From positions 150,001 through 182,000 of the forward strand of contig JAZDEL010000001.1 of assembly GCA_043808785.1 (NCBI GenBank): a stretch of 32,000 nucleotides of DNA, written 5' to 3'. The notes under the pieces are model-generated. The model was not told the DNA's origin and searched no databases. It was given only the letters and a program-made list of their open reading frames with translations. Numbering within the stretch: the stretch's first letter is position 1; each line of letters starts with the position of its first letter. Below are positions 31,678 through 32,000 of the stretch, piece after piece. This DNA is from Candidatus Iainarchaeum sp. (GTDB lineage: Archaea; Iainarchaeota; Iainarchaeia; Iainarchaeales; JAZDEL01). Both the position numbers and the translations under genes were made by a program.

Positions 31678-31780
31678 TTCACGCACCGCCCTTTGCGCCG
31701 CAATATGCCTGCCGCATTCCGTTCATTGCCCGCACCTTCCGCACATCGGGCTTTGCAAGGTTGCCGCATTCCCACTCACC
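31661..31780 (-). repeat. about 49-nt tandem repeats spanning the 5' end of the gene, creating a 15-codon upstream ORF (31679-31726)
   Basis: gcattccgttcatt occurs at 31665-31678 and 31714-31727, within an about 30-nt near-identical block. A degenerate third copy gcattcccactcac lies at 31766-31779. Confidence 0.6.
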
Positions 31781-32000
31781 AAAAACACCCTTTCCATTTC
31801 GCCGATTCGGTCTGCAGGGTTCGCCGCAGCTGCAAACCCGCACCCGCTCAGCCGAACCAAAAGGTTTTTATGCCTTGGTCGGCACTAATCTAATAGTAAC
31901 CCCGCATATTTAATTGTTTTTGTTGGGTTATGCGCGGGCTTGCCGCGCATGAAAATGTGAAAAGGCCCTGGCGGCGCTTGTGCCGCCAAAGCAAAGGTGA

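Noticed and set aside
30640-31893. 417-aa plus-strand ORF (and 29900-30670)
   Set aside because: They are antisense to the two paralogous membrane-anchored genes. The minus-strand products have TM anchors and mutual similarity. The plus-strand products are R/H/V/P-rich shadow sequence.
31930-32000. ORF starting at ATG 31930 and open to the window end, or an ncRNA starting after the atatttaatt box at about 31896
   Set aside because: Only 23 codons are visible and they are R/C/K-rich. The region consists of two hairpins (atgcgcgg-gcttg-ccgcgcat and tggcggc-gcttgt-gccgcca). There is too little sequence to decide between a CDS, another hairpin array or a terminator.

Overview
Archaeal chromosomal fragment. 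Supporting evidence: archaeal-type AspRS and AsnRS, Alba, a NusA-like KH protein, TATA boxes 26-29 nt upstream of many start codons, and a tRNA intron flanked by a bulge-helix-bulge. G+C is roughly 55-58% by eye, with lower-GC patches. I call about 30 protein genes and 3 tRNAs (Ile-GAU, Val-CAC with a non-canonical D-loop intron, Leu-UAG).

Layout:
- 1-7.7 kb is a housekeeping block: a DUF59 fragment, tRNA-Ile, a double-wHTH ArsR-type regulator with a membrane protein, IMPase, AsnRS, AspRS, and a small wHTH gene.
- 7.7-11.7 kb holds a Cys-rich lipoprotein followed by a low-GC accessory patch. The patch contains a divergent HhH-GPD/FeS glycosylase-like gene, a small membrane protein and an intact stand-alone TnpB.
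- 11.7-16.5 kb holds an SPFH/stomatin protein, an HPS-like TIM barrel, a HerA-like ATPase, an EgtD-like methyltransferase and a urea transporter.
- 16.5-28.1 kb is a cell-envelope cluster: three large polytopic (GT-C-like) membrane proteins, a BNR-propeller/PKD/Cys-rich surface protein translationally coupled to a 952-aa surface protein, and an LRR lipoprotein.
- 28.4-31.7 kb holds tRNA-Leu, the KH protein, Alba, and two paralogous membrane-anchored proteins.

The most unusual signal is non-coding. Two intergenic hairpin arrays (6957-7227 and 28088-28391) share, in inverted orientation, a ~71-nt three-helix core. Its hairpin stems are identical, its loops differ, and its closing helix is completely different in sequence yet still perfectly complementary. 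I cannot assign it to any known RNA or repeat family.

All protein calls rest on my own motif recognition in the supplied translations. No database search was possible.
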